From Actinomycetes bacterium (GTDB taxonomy: Bacteria; Actinomycetota; Actinomycetes; S36-B12): 64,000 nucleotides of DNA. The notes below the pieces were generated by a model. The model worked only from the letters and a program-made list of their open reading frames with translations. It did not search any database and was not told the DNA's origin. The DNA lies in the NCBI GenBank assembly GCA_965278945.1, contig OZ257128.1, positions 680,257 through 744,256 of the forward strand, given 5' to 3'. The position numbers and the translations under genes are program-made. Positions within the stretch are counted from its first letter, which is position 1; the number at the start of each line of letters is the position of its first letter. Positions 51,779 to 62,128 of the stretch are shown one piece after another.

Positions 51779-52978
51779 ATGATCGAGATCTCGCCCGACG
51801 ACGCACGCCGTATCGCGCTGCGAGCGGCCGGACTGCTCTCGAATGAGCCCACGCCCGCGGTCGCGCAGAAGGCCGGTGCCGCACGACAATCGACCATCGT
51901 TCGCGGAATGCTCAGCGAACTCGGCGCCGTGCAGCTCGACACGATCTCCGTGCTGGCGCGTTCGCACGAGCTGATCGCGTATTCGCGCTTCGGCGCGGTC
52001 CGCCGGGCAGCGATCGAGAACGCGTACTGGAGCGACAACCATGCGTTCGAGTACTGGTCGCACGCGGCGTGCATCCTGCCGATGGAGTTGTGGCCGGACT
52101 TCGCGTTCCGTCGCCGTCACTACATGCGCAAGGGCCAGCGCTGGCACGGCGTTCCGAAGAAAGACCTCAACACGCTGCTCGCGACGATCCGCGATTCCGG
52201 ACCGATCACCACCAGCGATGTCGGCGGGGCGAAGAGCGGCAGCGAGTGGTGGGAATGGTCGGACTCGAAGATCGCCCTCGAATCCCTGCTCGACGTCGGC
52301 CAGGTGGTCGTCACGAAGCGCGTCGGCTGGCGTCGTACATATGACCTGGCCGAGCGAGCGGTCCCCGAGAAGTTCCTGCACGACGACCGCACCGACGAGG
52401 AGTGCAGCATCGCCCTCGTCGAGGCGGGAGCACGCGTGATGGGCATCGGCACGGCCGGCGACATCTCCGACGTGCACCGCATCCTCAACTTGGCGGTCAT
52501 CACGCACGCCAACGCGGCCGGGCTCGTCGAGGTGAAGGTCATGGGCTGGCCACGCACGTGGGCCACGCAGGAGGCCCTCGACTGGCTGGCGACCGACCAG
52601 CGCGATCGGCATCGCACCACGCTGCTCTCGCCTTTCGACCCGATCGTGTGGCACCGACCGCGCACCGAGCGGATCTTCGGCATGACGCACCGACTCGAGG
52701 CATACACGCCCGAACCCAAGCGCATTCATGGGTACTTCGCGATGCCGGTTCTGCATCAGGGCCGGCTGGTCGCACGGGTGGACCCCAAGCGCGAGGGCTC
52801 GACCCTGGTCGGACGACGCGTCACGATGGAGTCGACCTCAGCAACCGCGATCCGCGGCACCGCGCGAGCGTTGCGTGAGGCCGCCACGTGGGTCGGGTGC
52901 ATCGACGTCGCCGTCGGCGAGGTCATTCCGGCGACCAGTGCGGACAAGCTCCGAAACGAGCTCGCCTCCGGCGAATAG
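51779..52978 (+). CDS. YcaQ/AlkZ-family (HTH_42) crosslink-repair DNA glycosylase
   Basis: VQLDTISVLARSH (QxD motif), FEYWSH, LLSPFD, RLEAYTP. Confidence 0.88.
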   Translation: MIEISPDDARRIALRAAGLLSNEPTPAVAQKAGAARQSTIVRGMLSELGAVQLDTISVLARSHELIAYSRFGAVRRAAIENAYWSDNHAFEYWSHAACILPMELWPDFAFRRRHYMRKGQRWHGVPKKDLNTLLATIRDSGPITTSDVGGAKSGSEWWEWSDSKIALESLLDVGQVVVTKRVGWRRTYDLAERAVPEKFLHDDRTDEECSIALVEAGARVMGIGTAGDISDVHRILNLAVITHANAAGLVEVKVMGWPRTWATQEALDWLATDQRDRHRTTLLSPFDPIVWHRPRTERIFGMTHRLEAYTPEPKRIHGYFAMPVLHQGRLVARVDPKREGSTLVGRRVTMESTSATAIRGTARALREAATWVGCIDVAVGEVIPATSADKLRNELASGE

Positions 52979-52987
52979 GGTGCCGTC

Positions 52988-53851
52988 ATGCCAGAGGATC
53001 GGGTCGCCGTCGTCACCGATTCGACCTGCTATCTGCCGTCCGGATGGGCCGCCGAGCGCAATATCTCGATCGTCCCGGTGCAGGTCGTCGTCGGCGGGCA
53101 GTCCTTCGACGAGACCGAGGACACCCAGGCGCAACGGGTCGCCGAGGCGCTGAGCCAGTGGCAGCCGGTTACGACCTCGCGGCCGTCTCCCGTCCGGTTC
53201 GAGCAGGCATATCAGCGTGCGATCGACTCCGGCGCCACGCAGATCGTGGTCGCCACCTTGTCGGCGGCGATCTCAGCAACGTACGAGTCCGCAGTCATGG
53301 CCGCCAAGGACTGCGCGGTCCCCGTGCGAGTCGTCGACAGCCGCAGCATCGCGATGGGGCTGGGCTTCGCGGTGGTGAGCGGCGCCGAGGCGGCCGCGCG
53401 AGGGGCGAGCGCCGACGAGGTAGCAGCCATCATCGAGCATCGAGCCGAGTCATCCTGGGTCTTCTTCTACGTCGACACCTTGGAGTACCTGCGGCGCGGC
53501 GGACGGATCAGCTCCGCACGCGCGGCGGTCGGCCACGCGCTCAAGGTGAAGCCATTGCTGCAGGTGGTCGACGGACATGTCGCGGCACTCGAGCAGGTCC
53601 GCACGTCAGGACGCGCGCTCGCTCGACTCGAGGAGCTCGCCGTGACCGCTGCTGGCGAGAGCCCTGTCGACATTGCTGTTCAGCACCTGGCTTCGCCTGA
53701 CCGCGCGGCCGCGCTGGCCACCCGCCTGCGCGAGCGGCTCCCCGACTCAGTCGTCGTCGAGTGCCCGGTCGGCGGTGTCGTCGGCGCGCATGTCGGTCCG
53801 GGCATGGTCGCGGTGGTCGTCTCACCACGGCCGGAATCGGCCGCTGAGTGA
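52988..53851 (+). CDS. DegV family fatty-acid-binding protein (FakB-like)
   Basis: VTDST, TTSRPS, VDS, LEYLRRGGRI, GAHVGPG. Confidence 0.93.
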   Translation: MPEDRVAVVTDSTCYLPSGWAAERNISIVPVQVVVGGQSFDETEDTQAQRVAEALSQWQPVTTSRPSPVRFEQAYQRAIDSGATQIVVATLSAAISATYESAVMAAKDCAVPVRVVDSRSIAMGLGFAVVSGAEAAARGASADEVAAIIEHRAESSWVFFYVDTLEYLRRGGRISSARAAVGHALKVKPLLQVVDGHVAALEQVRTSGRALARLEELAVTAAGESPVDIAVQHLASPDRAAALATRLRERLPDSVVVECPVGGVVGAHVGPGMVAVVVSPRPESAAE

Positions 53852-54447
53852 GCGATCTATCCGAGCCGCTGTGGTGGGTGCTCGCCGCCGTCGTCGGCTA
53901 CGGGCTCGGAGCCGTCAACCCGGCCGCGATCATCGCGAAGGTCGTTCATGTCGACCTTCGCGGTTCGGGCTCGGGCAACCCGGGCGCCACGAACGTCGGC
54001 CGCGTCCTGGGACCACGGTGGGGCGTTCTCGTCGGGGCCCTCGACATCCTCAAGGGGTTCATTCCCGCGGTCGTCTTCGGGATTCTCGGTGGTCAGACGG
54101 CCGGGGAGGTCGCCGGGCTTGCCGCGGTCGTCGGCCACATCACCTCGCCCTACCTCAAGGGACGGGGCGGCAAGGGAGTCGCGACGACCCTCGGCGCCAT
54201 CCTCGGCGTGCAGCCCCTGCTTGCGATCCCCGTGCTGATCGCCTTCGGCATCGGGGTGCTGATCTGGCATCGCGTCGGCCTCGGCGCTGTGCTCGGCGCG
54301 GTCGTGCTCGCGATCAGCGGGGTCGTCGGCTGGTTGACGGGGTGGACGGATCAGGCGGACATGTGGTTCGCGGTGATACTCGCCGCGATCGTCCTCGTAC
54401 GACATCAGCGCAACGTGCGAGAGGCCTGGCATCAGCTGCGGGCGTGA
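53848..54447 (+). CDS. plsY: Acyl-phosphate:glycerol-3-phosphate acyltransferase
   Basis: GSGNPGATNVGR, DILKG, GH, GGKGVAT, RHQRN. Confidence 0.92.
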   Translation: MSDLSEPLWWVLAAVVGYGLGAVNPAAIIAKVVHVDLRGSGSGNPGATNVGRVLGPRWGVLVGALDILKGFIPAVVFGILGGQTAGEVAGLAAVVGHITSPYLKGRGGKGVATTLGAILGVQPLLAIPVLIAFGIGVLIWHRVGLGAVLGAVVLAISGVVGWLTGWTDQADMWFAVILAAIVLVRHQRNVREAWHQLRA

Positions 54448-54532
54448 GTCCACAGGCGCCCGGCGGCTCGCCGCGCTCCACAGGATGATCGTGCGAACGG
54501 CCTGAGACTCGCACGATGCCTACCGTGCCGAG

Positions 54533-55336
54533 ATGGGATGGCTCGGCCGACGCTCCGACTCCGCTCGCGCGATGGAGGCCGCAGCCACCGAGCGGCTCGA
54601 GCGACTGGCCCGGCAATGGCGTCCGGTGGCCTCCCCGTCCGACGCGCACGAGGACGCAGACCTCCCCGCTGACGACCCATGGCGGGCCGTCCTGGCACCC
54701 GAACCCGCACCCCTTCGGATCCGGATAGGCCCGTGGAGTCGGCCCGCAGTGCGGGCGCTCGTCGTCCTCGTCGCCTCGTGCCTGGCGGTGACCGCCTGGT
54801 GGTGGTGGTCGGGCCGCCCAAGGGAGGTGATTGCCGCGCCCGTCGTCGTGGCAACGGGCGATCTGGTCGTTGCCACGAGCGCGCCCCCGCAACCTGGCAC
54901 CGTCACGCCACCAGCATCTGAGGTTGTCGTCCACGTCGCCGGTCTGGTCGCCATGCCGGGCCTGGTGACTTTGCCTTCTGGTGCGCGGGTCGCCGATGCG
55001 ATCGCGGCTGCAGGCGGTGTGACGCGGCAGCGTGCATCCGACACCGTGAATCTCGCGCGGCTGCTCGTCGACGGAGAGCAGATCGTCGTCGGCGCATCGG
55101 CTCCGGCGAATGCGGGTGGACCGGCCCCGACGAGCACCGGGCCACCGGTGGTCGACCTCAACCTCGCCGATGCCGCCGCATTCGAGGGACTGCCCGGCGT
55201 GGGACCGGTGCTCGCGGGTCGGATCCTGGAATGGCGGTCCCTCAACGGTCCCTTCCGCTCGGTCGACGAACTCGGCGAGGTGAGCGGAATCGGCGAGGCG
55301 ACGCTGTCCCGGCTGAGGCCGCTCGTGCGGGTGTGA
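54533..55336 (+). CDS. comEA: ComEA DNA-binding competence protein
   Basis: TM, SLBB domain (VHVAG...RVADAIAAAGG), HhH LPGVGP. Confidence 0.93.
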   Translation: MGWLGRRSDSARAMEAAATERLERLARQWRPVASPSDAHEDADLPADDPWRAVLAPEPAPLRIRIGPWSRPAVRALVVLVASCLAVTAWWWWSGRPREVIAAPVVVATGDLVVATSAPPQPGTVTPPASEVVVHVAGLVAMPGLVTLPSGARVADAIAAAGGVTRQRASDTVNLARLLVDGEQIVVGASAPANAGGPAPTSTGPPVVDLNLADAAAFEGLPGVGPVLAGRILEWRSLNGPFRSVDELGEVSGIGEATLSRLRPLVRV

Positions 55337-57711
55337 TCGACGGCCGCCTCCTCCTGCCGGCGATCACGGCGTGGCTCGGCGCGATCCTTGCCGGAGTCGC
55401 GATCCTGCACGCCGAGTCCGACCGCCACGGCCGGGCAATCGCGATTGCCGTCATCTCGGTAGCCGCACTGGTGACGTTGGTCGTCGTGCGGCTCACCTCC
55501 GTCGCCGCCGGCCTCCTCCGCAGGGCGAGTGTGACCTTGGCCCTGGCGACCTTCCTGATCGGCGCGCTCGCCGCAGCACTTCACTGGTCGTCAACCTCGG
55601 CCGAGCCGCTCGCGTCGTGGGTGCGCAACCGCGCCACCGCGACAACGAGCGCGGTCGTCGCCGGGGAGGCGGTCCGGCGCACGTTGTCCGGGGGACCGGC
55701 GTGGCAGCCCCGCGCCAGGCTCGAGGTTCCGCTCGTCGCGACCGGCATCTCGTCGCGCGGGGTCACTCTCGCTGTCGATGTTCCGATCGTGCTGCGCCTG
55801 GCCGACGGATCGGCCGTGCCCCCACCCGGCAGTCAGGTCGTGGTCTCCGGTCGGCTCGGGCCGGTGCCTAGCGGCGTGGCAGCGGCCGGCTACGTGACGC
55901 CTGCGCGTGATGTCCTCGTCGTCGGCGAACCCGGATGGATCCACGAGTGGGCGCATGGCATGCGAGTTGGACTTCGGACCGCTCTCGACGGCACATCGGC
56001 GGACGGCGGCGCGCTCGTCGCCGGTCTTGCGGTGGGCGACGAGTCACTGCAATCCGAGGAGCTCGACCGCGCGATGCGCATGACCGGGCTGTCGCATCTG
56101 ACCGCTGTATCCGGCGGAAATGTCGCCATCGTCGTGATCTCCGTGCTCGCAGTCGTGACGGTCCTCGGACTGCCGCTCGTCGCACGCGTGGGCGCCGCTC
56201 TCGTTGCCCTGATGTTGTTCGTCGTGCTGGTCGGCCCGCAGCCGAGCGTGCTGCGAGCCGCGGTGATGGGCGCGGTCGTCCTGGCCGGCCTCGTGGTCGG
56301 TGGCCGACGGTCGGGGCCGTCCGTTCTGGCCGCGTCGGTCCTGGTGCTCGTCGTCGTCAGTCCATCGCTGGCGATGTCATGGGCCTTCGCGCTGTCGGTC
56401 GGGGCGACCACAGGGCTGATCCTTCTTGCCCCGCGGCTTCGCGCACTGATCGACACGTGGCGACCGGCCCGGCGATGGCCGCCGGGCTTTCGCGACGCGG
56501 TAGCCATCGCCGCCGCTGCCCAGTTCGCAACCCTGCCGGTACTGCTGCTGATGGGCGCATCCACCGGCTGGGTGTCGTTGCCCGCCAACCTCCTGGCCAT
56601 GCCCGCAGTTCCGGCGGTGACCGTGCTGGGCCTGCTCGCCGCGCTCGTCTCGCCCTTCGGCTCCGGCATCGCGCATGTCCTGGCCGTCGTCGCGTCGTGG
56701 CCGGCCTCGTGGATCGCGGGCGTGGCCCACGTGGGAGGCGGCCTGCCGCTCGCGACGGTTCCGTGGCCGGGTGGACCTTTCGGCGTCGGGCTGCTCGCCG
56801 CGATCGCCGTGGCGGCGTGGTGGGTCCGTCGCTGGAGTCGTCGCGCGTATCCGACCGGCACGCCTCGCTGGCTCACGCGCTCTGCTGTGATCCTCGTGGT
56901 CGCGACGATGCTGCTCTGGCTGGTCGCGCCTCCGGATCGTCGCTCCTGGCCGCCGCCGGACTGGATCCTCATCATGTGCGATGTCGGTCAGGGCGACGCG
57001 TTGCTCCTGAGCGCATCCGGAACGGCCGCGGTCGTTGTCGACACCGGCGCCGAGCCGGGCCTCGTCGACGCATGCCTGACGAACGCGCGGGTATCCCAGA
57101 TCCCGGCGATCGTCCTCACGCACTTCCATGCCGACCACGTCGGCGGACTCAGCGGTGTGCTGCGGGGGCGCACGGTCGGCGCCGTCTATGTATCTCCCGT
57201 GCGCGATCCGGCCGAGCAGGCGGCCGAGGTCGACGACGTGCTCGCCGGCGCCGGGCTTGCCGCGACCGCAATCTCTGCGGGCGACGAGCAGGTCGTGGGT
57301 GACCTGCGGTGGCGGGCGCTGTGGCCGCGGCGGGTCATCAGCGAGGGGTCCGTGCCGAACAACGCGAGCATCGTGCTGGCGGTGGAGGCCTCCGGTCGGT
57401 CGATTCTCCTGACCGGTGACATAGAACTGCCGGCACAGGCGGCGATCATTCCGGATCTCGTCGCGCACCCGTTCGACGTGGTCAAGGTTCCCCATCACGG
57501 ATCGCGCGACCAGGACCCCCGCCTGGCGCCGCTCACGGCTCCGACCGCCGCTCTCATCAGCGTCGGCGAGGGCAACTCGTACGGACACCCGGCGGACGAG
57601 ACGGTGGCGGCCTGGGAGGCCGTCGGCTCGCTCGTGTTCCGGACCGACCTCTCCGGCGATGTCGCGGTGGTGCCGACCGCAGACGGCGTCGCGGTCGTGC
57701 CGCGGAACTGA
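55333..57711 (+). CDS. comEC: ComEC/Rec2 competence channel
   Basis: HLTAVSGGN, PSVLRA, DVGQGD, THFHADH, KVPHHGS, RTD. Confidence 0.94.
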   Translation: MIDGRLLLPAITAWLGAILAGVAILHAESDRHGRAIAIAVISVAALVTLVVVRLTSVAAGLLRRASVTLALATFLIGALAAALHWSSTSAEPLASWVRNRATATTSAVVAGEAVRRTLSGGPAWQPRARLEVPLVATGISSRGVTLAVDVPIVLRLADGSAVPPPGSQVVVSGRLGPVPSGVAAAGYVTPARDVLVVGEPGWIHEWAHGMRVGLRTALDGTSADGGALVAGLAVGDESLQSEELDRAMRMTGLSHLTAVSGGNVAIVVISVLAVVTVLGLPLVARVGAALVALMLFVVLVGPQPSVLRAAVMGAVVLAGLVVGGRRSGPSVLAASVLVLVVVSPSLAMSWAFALSVGATTGLILLAPRLRALIDTWRPARRWPPGFRDAVAIAAAAQFATLPVLLLMGASTGWVSLPANLLAMPAVPAVTVLGLLAALVSPFGSGIAHVLAVVASWPASWIAGVAHVGGGLPLATVPWPGGPFGVGLLAAIAVAAWWVRRWSRRAYPTGTPRWLTRSAVILVVATMLLWLVAPPDRRSWPPPDWILIMCDVGQGDALLLSASGTAAVVVDTGAEPGLVDACLTNARVSQIPAIVLTHFHADHVGGLSGVLRGRTVGAVYVSPVRDPAEQAAEVDDVLAGAGLAATAISAGDEQVVGDLRWRALWPRRVISEGSVPNNASIVLAVEASGRSILLTGDIELPAQAAIIPDLVAHPFDVVKVPHHGSRDQDPRLAPLTAPTAALISVGEGNSYGHPADETVAAWEAVGSLVFRTDLSGDVAVVPTADGVAVVPRN

Positions 57712-57736
57712 CAGGCCGGGCTGGCATAGTGCCCCT

Positions 57737-58738
57737 ATGGCCGTCCCGCGCATCACGCTCGCGATCGGCGCCGAGGACCTGCTCGTCGAGCGCGCCGTCC
57801 TCGGAGTATCGGCAGCAGCGCGCGCTGCCGATCCGACGGTCCAGCGATCGGTGATCGACGCGAGCGATGACTCGGCAGTGCTCGACTTCCGCGAGGCGAC
57901 GGCGCCCAATCTCTTCGGCGACGGGGGAGTGGTCGTCGTCAACGGCATCGACAGTGCCGACGACCGGCTTGCGTCGGCCGTCCGCGAGGTACTCGCCGAC
58001 ATGCCCGACAACGTCTTCCTCGTCTTCACGCATCCCGGCGGCGTGAAGGGCAAGGCCGTGCTCGACTCGATCAAGGCGGCTGGCGCCGAGGTCGTCGACT
58101 GCGCTGCAGTGAAGCGGGGCAAGTCGACGACGGAGTTCATTACTCGCGAGTTTGCCACTCACAAGCGCAAGGCCACGGCCGGCGCCATGGCCGCGCTGTA
58201 CGAGTCGGTCGGGCAGGACCTGGGCCTGCTGTCCGCGGGTGTCTCCCAGTTGTGCGCCGACCTTGATGCCAACCCGATCGACATCGACGACGTGCACCAG
58301 TACTTCGCGGGCGTCGCCGAGGTCGCCGGATTCACGATTGCCGATGCCGTGTGGGAGCGTCGCTACGCCGACGCGCTCAGATCGCTGCGGCTGTCGATGC
58401 TGACATCGGAGGCCGGCCGGGTGGGCCCGGCCACCGTCAGCGCACTCGCGATGGGCCTGCGCTCACTGGTTCGAGTCGGCGGACTGCCGCCCGGTTCGTC
58501 CCAGGCCGCCGCGGCCAAGGAGGCCGGGGCGCCCCCATGGAAGATCGACTCGCTGCGGCGCCAATGGGCCAGGTGGAGCGGTGACCAGCGCCGCCTTGCC
58601 GCTGCCGTGGTTGCGCTCGCGGATGCCGACGGCGCGGTCAAGGGCGGCGTGCTGGAGGGGTCGAGCCTGGACAACGAGCAGAAGCTGCTGGCCATGGAGA
58701 TCCTCGTGGCGACCACGGCGGCTCCGGCCCAGCACTAG
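57737..58738 (+). CDS. holA: DNA polymerase III delta subunit
   Basis: EDLLVERA, LFGD, HPGGVKGK, PPWK, ADGAVKG; comEC-holA-rpsT synteny. Confidence 0.88.
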   Translation: MAVPRITLAIGAEDLLVERAVLGVSAAARAADPTVQRSVIDASDDSAVLDFREATAPNLFGDGGVVVVNGIDSADDRLASAVREVLADMPDNVFLVFTHPGGVKGKAVLDSIKAAGAEVVDCAAVKRGKSTTEFITREFATHKRKATAGAMAALYESVGQDLGLLSAGVSQLCADLDANPIDIDDVHQYFAGVAEVAGFTIADAVWERRYADALRSLRLSMLTSEAGRVGPATVSALAMGLRSLVRVGGLPPGSSQAAAAKEAGAPPWKIDSLRRQWARWSGDQRRLAAAVVALADADGAVKGGVLEGSSLDNEQKLLAMEILVATTAAPAQH

Positions 58739-58741
58739 GTC

Positions 58742-59503
58742 CTAAGGCAGATGCACGGTCATCTCGTCGCCTGATCTGTCGACGACCACGGGTGCATCGA
58801 AAGCCTCGCTCAGCACGCTCGCGGTGAGCACCTGCTCGGGAGTGCCCTGCGCATGAATGCGTCCGGCGCGCATGACGATGAAGCGGTCGCAGACGCGCGT
58901 GAGCCGGTTGACGTCGTGGCTCACGATGATCGCGGTTCGACCGCTCCGCGCGTGCTCGACAACCAAGTCGTCGAGCACCCGGCGGCCGACAAGATCAAGG
59001 TCAGAGTCGGCCTCGTCGAGCAGGAGCAGTGGCGACTGCTGCGCGACGACGCGAGCCAGGTGAACGCGCTTGCGCTCGCCGCCCGACAGCTCGGTGACGG
59101 TTCGATCGGCAAGCTCGTCGAGGCCCTGAGAGCTGATCGCCCTCGAGACGATTGCCTCGTCGTTGCTCGCGTGCTCGGTGCCCCGCCATGGCGTCCGGCC
59201 CCACGAGACGACCTCGCGAACGGTGAAGGGGAATGCGAGAGTCGTCTCCTGGCTGACGATCGCCCGGCGTCGGGCGCGCTCGATCAGCGACAGGCCGCTT
59301 GCGTCGTCGCCATCGATCAGCACCGAGCCATGCGACGGCGCCAGCTCAGACGACATGAGCTCGAGCATCGTCGACTTTCCCGACCCGTTGCGGCCGATCA
59401 CTCCCGTGACGGTCCCGGCGGTGATGACCAGTGAGGTGGGATGAAGGCGAACGCGGGCTCCGGCCGCGCGTGCCGCCTCGCGAAGTTCAAGGACCGCGGT
59501 CAT
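58742..59503 (-). CDS. hmuV: Heme/iron-chelate ABC transporter ATPase (HmuV-like)
   Basis: GRNGSGKS, LSGGE, LLLDE, SHD. Confidence 0.82.
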   Translation of the reverse strand: MTAVLELREAARAAGARVRLHPTSLVITAGTVTGVIGRNGSGKSTMLELMSSELAPSHGSVLIDGDDASGLSLIERARRRAIVSQETTLAFPFTVREVVSWGRTPWRGTEHASNDEAIVSRAISSQGLDELADRTVTELSGGERKRVHLARVVAQQSPLLLLDEADSDLDLVGRRVLDDLVVEHARSGRTAIIVSHDVNRLTRVCDRFIVMRAGRIHAQGTPEQVLTASVLSEAFDAPVVVDRSGDEMTVHLP

Positions 59504-60459
59504 GCCCAGCCGCCCTGCTTGGCGCGGGTGCGCCGGATGAGAATGAAGAACACGGGTGCCCCGATGACGGCCGTGATCGCACCGATCGGGATCTCGAGCG
59601 GGTTGGCAGCCACCCGCGCCAGGGTGTCGGCGAGCAGGATCAACAGTGCTCCGGCCAGCGCGCTCAGCACGAGCAGCGGCGCGTGTCGCGGCCCGGCCAT
59701 CATGCGGACGGCGTGCGGAACGAGCAGCCCGACGAATGCGATCACGCCGACGACCGCCACTCCCGCCGCGACCAGCAGGACGACGGCGATGAGGGAGAGG
59801 TAGCGGATTCGCGTGACGTTGACTCCGGTCGCCATGGCGGCGCGGTCGCCAAGTGACATCACGTCGAGAGGGCGCGCGACGGTTCCCGCGAGGACGATGC
59901 CGACGAGGACGAATGGCGCGACCGACACCACTCCGCTCCATGTCGACAGCGAGAGGCTGCCGCTCGACCAGAACGTGATCGACCGCACCGCGGCATTCGT
60001 GCTCATCGACGCCATCAACGCCAGAGCGGCAATGGCGAACGCGGTCACCGCTACTCCCGCCAGTAGCAGCGTCACGACCTCCGGCCTGCGGTCGCGCATC
60101 GATACCGCGACGATGATCGCCGTCGCGATACCGGCGCCGACGCATGCGACGGCGGCCGTGAGGACCGTGTTGAACGATGCGCCGACCGTGACGGCGATGA
60201 CCGCGCCGAGTGCCGCGCCCGCTGAGACGCCGACGAGTCCCGGATCAGCCAGGGGATTGCCGAGTGAGCCCTGCATGAGCACGCCGGCCAGGCCCAGTCC
60301 ACCCCCGACGAGCAGGGCCATGGCTACGCGTGGCGCCCGGATGTTCCAGATGATCTCGTTCGTCGACGCGGCGACTCCCGTGCGCAGGGCGACGATGACG
60401 GAGATGACGAGGGCGAGCGTGAGCACAGCGGTGACGAGCAGCCAGCGGTGCTTGCTCAC
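59500..60459 (-). CDS. hmuU: FecCD-family permease (HmuU-like)
   Basis: IRAPR, NPLADPGLVGVSAGA, FVGLLVPH, EIPIG. Confidence 0.85.
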   Translation of the reverse strand: MSKHRWLLVTAVLTLALVISVIVALRTGVAASTNEIIWNIRAPRVAMALLVGGGLGLAGVLMQGSLGNPLADPGLVGVSAGAALGAVIAVTVGASFNTVLTAAVACVGAGIATAIIVAVSMRDRRPEVVTLLLAGVAVTAFAIAALALMASMSTNAAVRSITFWSSGSLSLSTWSGVVSVAPFVLVGIVLAGTVARPLDVMSLGDRAAMATGVNVTRIRYLSLIAVVLLVAAGVAVVGVIAFVGLLVPHAVRMMAGPRHAPLLVLSALAGALLILLADTLARVAANPLEIPIGAITAVIGAPVFFILIRRTRAKQGGWA

Positions 60460-61445
60460 CGGGCGCTCGTGCCGATGGCAGCGCGCAGCGCATCGACGAG
60501 ACTTCCCGTGCGCGGCCCGAAGGACAGCAGGAGCGTGTCGTCGACAGCGACGACACGGCGGTTCTGGCCTGCCTTGGTCTGCGCGACGCCCGGCAGCGAG
60601 ACGAGTCCATCGATGCCGCCCACCGACTCCAAGCCCTTGGTCATCACGAGGATGACGTCGGGATCGAGAGTCGCGACGGACTCCGCAGTCAGCGGCACGA
60701 AGGCTGCGTAGCCCGCGTCGGCTCCCGTGTCTACTCCGCCTGCCGCGGCGATGAGCGCGTCCGCGCCCGATCCCTGTCCGCCGACCAGGTAGATGGCCGA
60801 GGTGCCGCGAAGGTAGAGGAAGGCGACATGCGGCGGGTCGGCCTCGGGAGCCGAGCTGCTCGACGTCACGGCTTCCGCTATGACCGCCTGCGCATCGGCA
60901 TCGGACACGCCGACGGCGGCAGCGACCGCGCGCGTGCGCGGACCGATGTCGTCCAGCGTCCATGCCTCGGGCACCTCGACCACGGTGATGCCCGCGTCGC
61001 GGATCTGCGTCAGGGCCTCCTGAGGAGCGGTGGCCGCATCGACGATGACGAGGTCGGGGTCCAAGGACAGGACCTTCTCGGCACTCGTGGAGTGCGCCTT
61101 CGTTACCACCGGGGCATCGTGAATCTCGGGGACATCGCTTGTCTCGTCGCGACCGACGACCCGGTCCGCGACGCCGAGTGCCGCCAGCGTCTCTCCGACA
61201 CCCGTGGCCAGACTGACAATCCGTCGCGGCGAATCGGGGTCGATCGTCGGGGTGATGGGCGTTGGCGCGGGGACGTCAGCCGATGTGATCGTCACCAGGC
61301 CGGTCGGCTGTGCGGTGCTGCCGGTTCCCGCCAGCGAGGACGCCGCCGACGGCTGTGTAGGGCCGGTCGAGTCGGCGCCGGACCCGCAGGAGGCGGTCGC
61401 TAGGACTACTGCCGCCGCGAGGACGACGGTCACGAGTCTGCGCAC
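60456..61445 (-). CDS. hmuT: Heme ABC transporter substrate-binding lipoprotein (HmuT-like)
   Basis: Lipobox TASC; VVGRD, TKAH (His), FLYLRG...Y (Tyr), MTKGLESVGG, SFGPR. Confidence 0.85.
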   Translation of the reverse strand: MRRLVTVVLAAAVVLATASCGSGADSTGPTQPSAASSLAGTGSTAQPTGLVTITSADVPAPTPITPTIDPDSPRRIVSLATGVGETLAALGVADRVVGRDETSDVPEIHDAPVVTKAHSTSAEKVLSLDPDLVIVDAATAPQEALTQIRDAGITVVEVPEAWTLDDIGPRTRAVAAAVGVSDADAQAVIAEAVTSSSSAPEADPPHVAFLYLRGTSAIYLVGGQGSGADALIAAAGGVDTGADAGYAAFVPLTAESVATLDPDVILVMTKGLESVGGIDGLVSLPGVAQTKAGQNRRVVAVDDTLLLSFGPRTGSLVDALRAAIGTSAR

Positions 61446-61549
61446 GCCCTGATTATCGCCGACGAATCTGCGCGTTCCCCGACGCTGTGTCGGAAACGTG
61501 CCGACATCGCGTCAAGCGAAGGAGTGCCGAATTTTCGTACTCTCCCGAG

Positions 61550-62092
61550 GTGAGATCGCTGGCCCGCCGCCCCTTGGTGCGCCCCGCTGCGCTGGTGCTC
61601 GCCACGGCCCTCGCCTTCGTCACCCTCGCGATGAGCCCGTCTACCGCCCAGGCCGCGTCGATCGTCGGATCCAAGACGGTCGTGACCAAGTCCGGACTGA
61701 GCCTGACCGTGACCCCGGTACGCAAGCTGAACCCGGCAGGCGCGACCGTGCGGGTGGTCGGCAAGGGCTTCAACCCCACGGTCGGCATCTACGTGGCGCT
61801 GTGCGTCACGCCGGTCAAGGGCCAGGTGCCAAGCCCGTGCGGCGGGGGAGTCAATACAACGGGAACCAGCGCGGCATCGTTCTGGATCTCGTCCAACCCG
61901 CCGCCGTACGGCTCGAGCCTCGCGGTCCCGTACCGCAAGGGCGGACGCTTCGCCGTGACCTTGCAGATCTCCTCGAAGGTCGGCGCCGTCGACTGCCGCA
62001 CGGTGTCGTGCTCGATCGTGACCCGCGCGGATCACACGCGACCCGGTGAGCGCGCCTACGACGTGGTCGTTCCCGTCACCTTCCGACCCTGA
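61550..62092 (+). CDS. Secreted neocarzinostatin-apoprotein-fold protein 1
   Basis: Signal peptide (AQA-A); VTP..L...GATVRVVGKGF, GIYVALC...C, VDCRTVSC. Confidence 0.7.
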   Translation: MRSLARRPLVRPAALVLATALAFVTLAMSPSTAQAASIVGSKTVVTKSGLSLTVTPVRKLNPAGATVRVVGKGFNPTVGIYVALCVTPVKGQVPSPCGGGVNTTGTSAASFWISSNPPPYGSSLAVPYRKGGRFAVTLQISSKVGAVDCRTVSCSIVTRADHTRPGERAYDVVVPVTFRP

Positions 62093-62128
62093 TTGCACGG
62101 CCAGACCAACAACGAGAAAGGTTCCACG

